Assembly: GCF_035084215.1 (NCBI RefSeq)
Contig: NC_090352.1
Location: forward strand, 1,612,001-1,676,000
Direction of reading: 5' to 3'
DNA length: 64,000 bases
DNA from: Heptranchias perlo
Taxonomy: Eukaryota
Shown here: one piece after another, positions 61,758 through 64,000 of the stretch
How the letters are laid out: each line of letters starts with the position of its first letter
Numbering within the stretch: position 1 is the stretch's first letter
Translations under genes and position numbers: made by a program
The notes under the pieces: model-generated
Seen by the model: the letters and a program-made list of their open reading frames with translations, nothing else
The model's database searches: none
Told to the model about the DNA's origin: nothing

Positions 61758-62332
61758 AGTGAAGAGATGCATAAAGGCACAGCATATATAGTCAGAGAAC
61801 AATGTCTGGTGATTACAGATAATCTTTCTAACTGCCCTTTAATCACACCTCGGCAGAGAGATAATCACAGCAATCAAAGGAGTGAATGGTGTTCAAACAG
61901 GTTAGTCAGGGAAACATTACATCCAAGAATACTGAGGTGGGGTCATAAGGGGTCAAATGTAGCAGATGCTGGGGTTTGTACTGAAAACAGATAACATTTT
62001 TTTGCTGGAAATCGCAGCAGGTCCGGCCGCATCTGTGTATGGAGACTCCATACACAGATGCGGCCGGACCTGCTGCGATTTCCAGCAAAAAAATGTTATC
62101 TGTTTTCAGTACAAACCCCAGCATCTGCTACATTTGACCCCTTATGACCCCACCTCAGTATTCTTGGATATAATGTTTCCCTGACTAACCTGTTTGAACA
62201 CCATTCACTCCTTTGATTGCTGTGATTATCTCTCTGCCGAGGTGTGATTAAAGGGCAGTTAGAAAGATTATCTGTAATCACCAGACATTGTTCTCTGACT
62301 ATATATGCTGTGCCTTTATGCATCTCTTCACT

Positions 62333-62369
62333 TCACCTGACGAAGGAGCAAAGCTCTGAAAGCTTGTGA
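62333..62369 (+). ncRNA. Minimal type-I hammerhead ribozyme motif (right arm)
   Basis: Same motif on the plus strand, followed by AATAAA at 62375-62380. Confidence 0.83.
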
Positions 62370-64000
62370 TTTCAAATAAACCTGGTGTTGTGCGACTCCT
62401 TACATTTGTCCACCCCAGTCCATCACCGGCATCTCCACATCATGACTTTTCAACAGGACTGCAAACTGCCTGTGCTGAGGTATTTCCTGCATTTGGTAAC
62501 TGACAATACATGGGTCTGTTTTGAAAAATAGTATGCAGCTGAAGAATACAAGAAGGAAAAATGATGAGCTGTCTAATTTGGATGAGGTCCAAATCTAATG
62601 GGACCCTTTTTGATTGTATGGTCTGCATGGTGGTTAATCTGGCCCTGATAGAAACATTGTTTCATGAAATCTATCTTTAAGAAAGAATTCCTGTGTATCT
62701 TAGAAGCCATGGCAAGCAGTATAACATTATCTGGTAGCAATAGATTCAATCACTGAATGCGTCATAAGTGGAAATCTTTCACTTTGATATGGTTTTCTCT
62801 GCGTAAATGGAATGTTAAGAATGGGATTGGAGGAGAGAGGTGTTGGCTGGTATTGAGGCAGAGGGAGGGGATACACTTTGTGTTACGAGTCTATTGCTGG
62901 TTTATAATGGCAATTGTCTAAATTCTCCTTGGCATGAGACCTAAACTGAGGTGCTTCTGGTTGTGCTCGTGCTTGATTTGAAGCTTGCGAGTTTGTAATG
63001 GTAAACAGAGATCGAATTTAAAGATTAATTCACCTTTGTGGCTACGTGTGAGATATTAATGAACAATACATTCCCTTTTATAAGCACTCTTTCCACCAGT
63101 CTTACAACACAGTAAGAAGATTTACTGGAAAACTAATTGCACAGTGTTGACTGCATGAAAGCATGTTTATGGTTGAGATGAGCAAGAAAGGTTTGGATAG
63201 TCCCTTTTGATGTTTGCCTGTTTTCACTCATGACAGGTCTTGAAATAAGTGGTGTAACAGCCAAGCTGTACACAGTCAGCAACGCCTGCTCACCACTCTA
63301 CAAGTTTCAGTTTTCATTGTGATTGAAAACTGTGCCACAGTTTTGAAATGAAACTCACTGGTACATACATGTTCCAAAACCTGGTACAAGATTGTACTAC
63401 AAAGCAGTTTCACAATTTGTTGTCGTTTCTGCCTTGCATATTGGGAAATTAGCAAAAGATTCAGATTTGATGTGTCACTTTTTGGGGTATTTTTGCGGTT
63501 TAAATAATTTTTAAAAATGCTTTGCTGTCTGTCTTGATTTTTCCATATCCACAAATGTAAAAAAAATTATAGATTGCTTTAAAACGTATTGCAACTCACA
63601 ATTTTGTAGTGCACGATTGACTCTGTAGTGAGCACAATGCTATCAGTAGATCATTTTGAACTTTACATGGCTGAGGTGTAGTCTTTCCAATCCCGTGGAG
63701 CTTGGGGAGTGAAATTATAAACAACAATTTGTACTGTACAACAGTATGGGCTGAAAGCTGTTCTGCTTCTTTTGCATTTGTTGTTCAGTTTGAGGCTAGC
63801 TGAATGAATCCAGAGTGGCACCAGGTGTTGGTCTCTCATTATTCTGTTCAGAATAACAAGGAATGTGGGAATGTAAAAGGGTGAGATGGCAGCAGAGGCC
63901 TGTCATTGTGTGTGTGACAGACCACTTCATAAATAGAAAGTGACAGCTGGGCTAATGATGTCACCAAAGAAGGAACAACTGCACTGCATCTCATTATCTC

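Larger units (their letters stand above)
61673..62444. mobile_element. Fold-back (palindromic) non-coding PLE pLTR insertion
   Basis: 335-bp arms 61710-62044 / 62046-62380 with one mismatch (61920/62170) and a 1-nt spacer; ACTTTTCAACAG direct repeat at 61661-61672 and 62445-62456. Confidence 0.95.

Noticed and set aside
61767-62323. Mirror-image 75-aa and 72-aa ORF pairs as duplicated genes
   Set aside because: By-products of the palindrome in non-coding pLTR sequence.

Overview
Repeat-dense vertebrate non-coding DNA (intron or intergenic). The repeat families present suggest a cartilaginous fish (shark-like); this is inference. No host protein-coding exon could be identified, and every long ORF is transposon-derived. 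Contents: (1) a disrupted Penelope-like element (PLE; RT plus GIY-YIG) at 1-1714, plus four PLE pseudo-LTR derivatives. Together these carry five intact-looking and two decayed minimal type-I hammerhead ribozyme (HHR) motifs. (2) An internally deleted PIF/Harbinger transposon with TIRs and TSD. (3) Many CR1 and L2 LINE fragments, several nested. (4) Old tRNA-derived SINE copies. The most striking items are a 0.77-kb fold-back PLE insertion (335-bp arms, 1-nt spacer, an HHR on each strand, 12-bp TSD; 61673-62444), a 106-bp HHR-only insertion with a 12-bp TSD (32890-32995), and an apparently full-length single-ORF APE-RT LINE whose 5' end is a tRNA-Thr-like Pol III head with no ORF1 (37214-40494). 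Boundaries of old decayed repeats are approximate and were read by eye.
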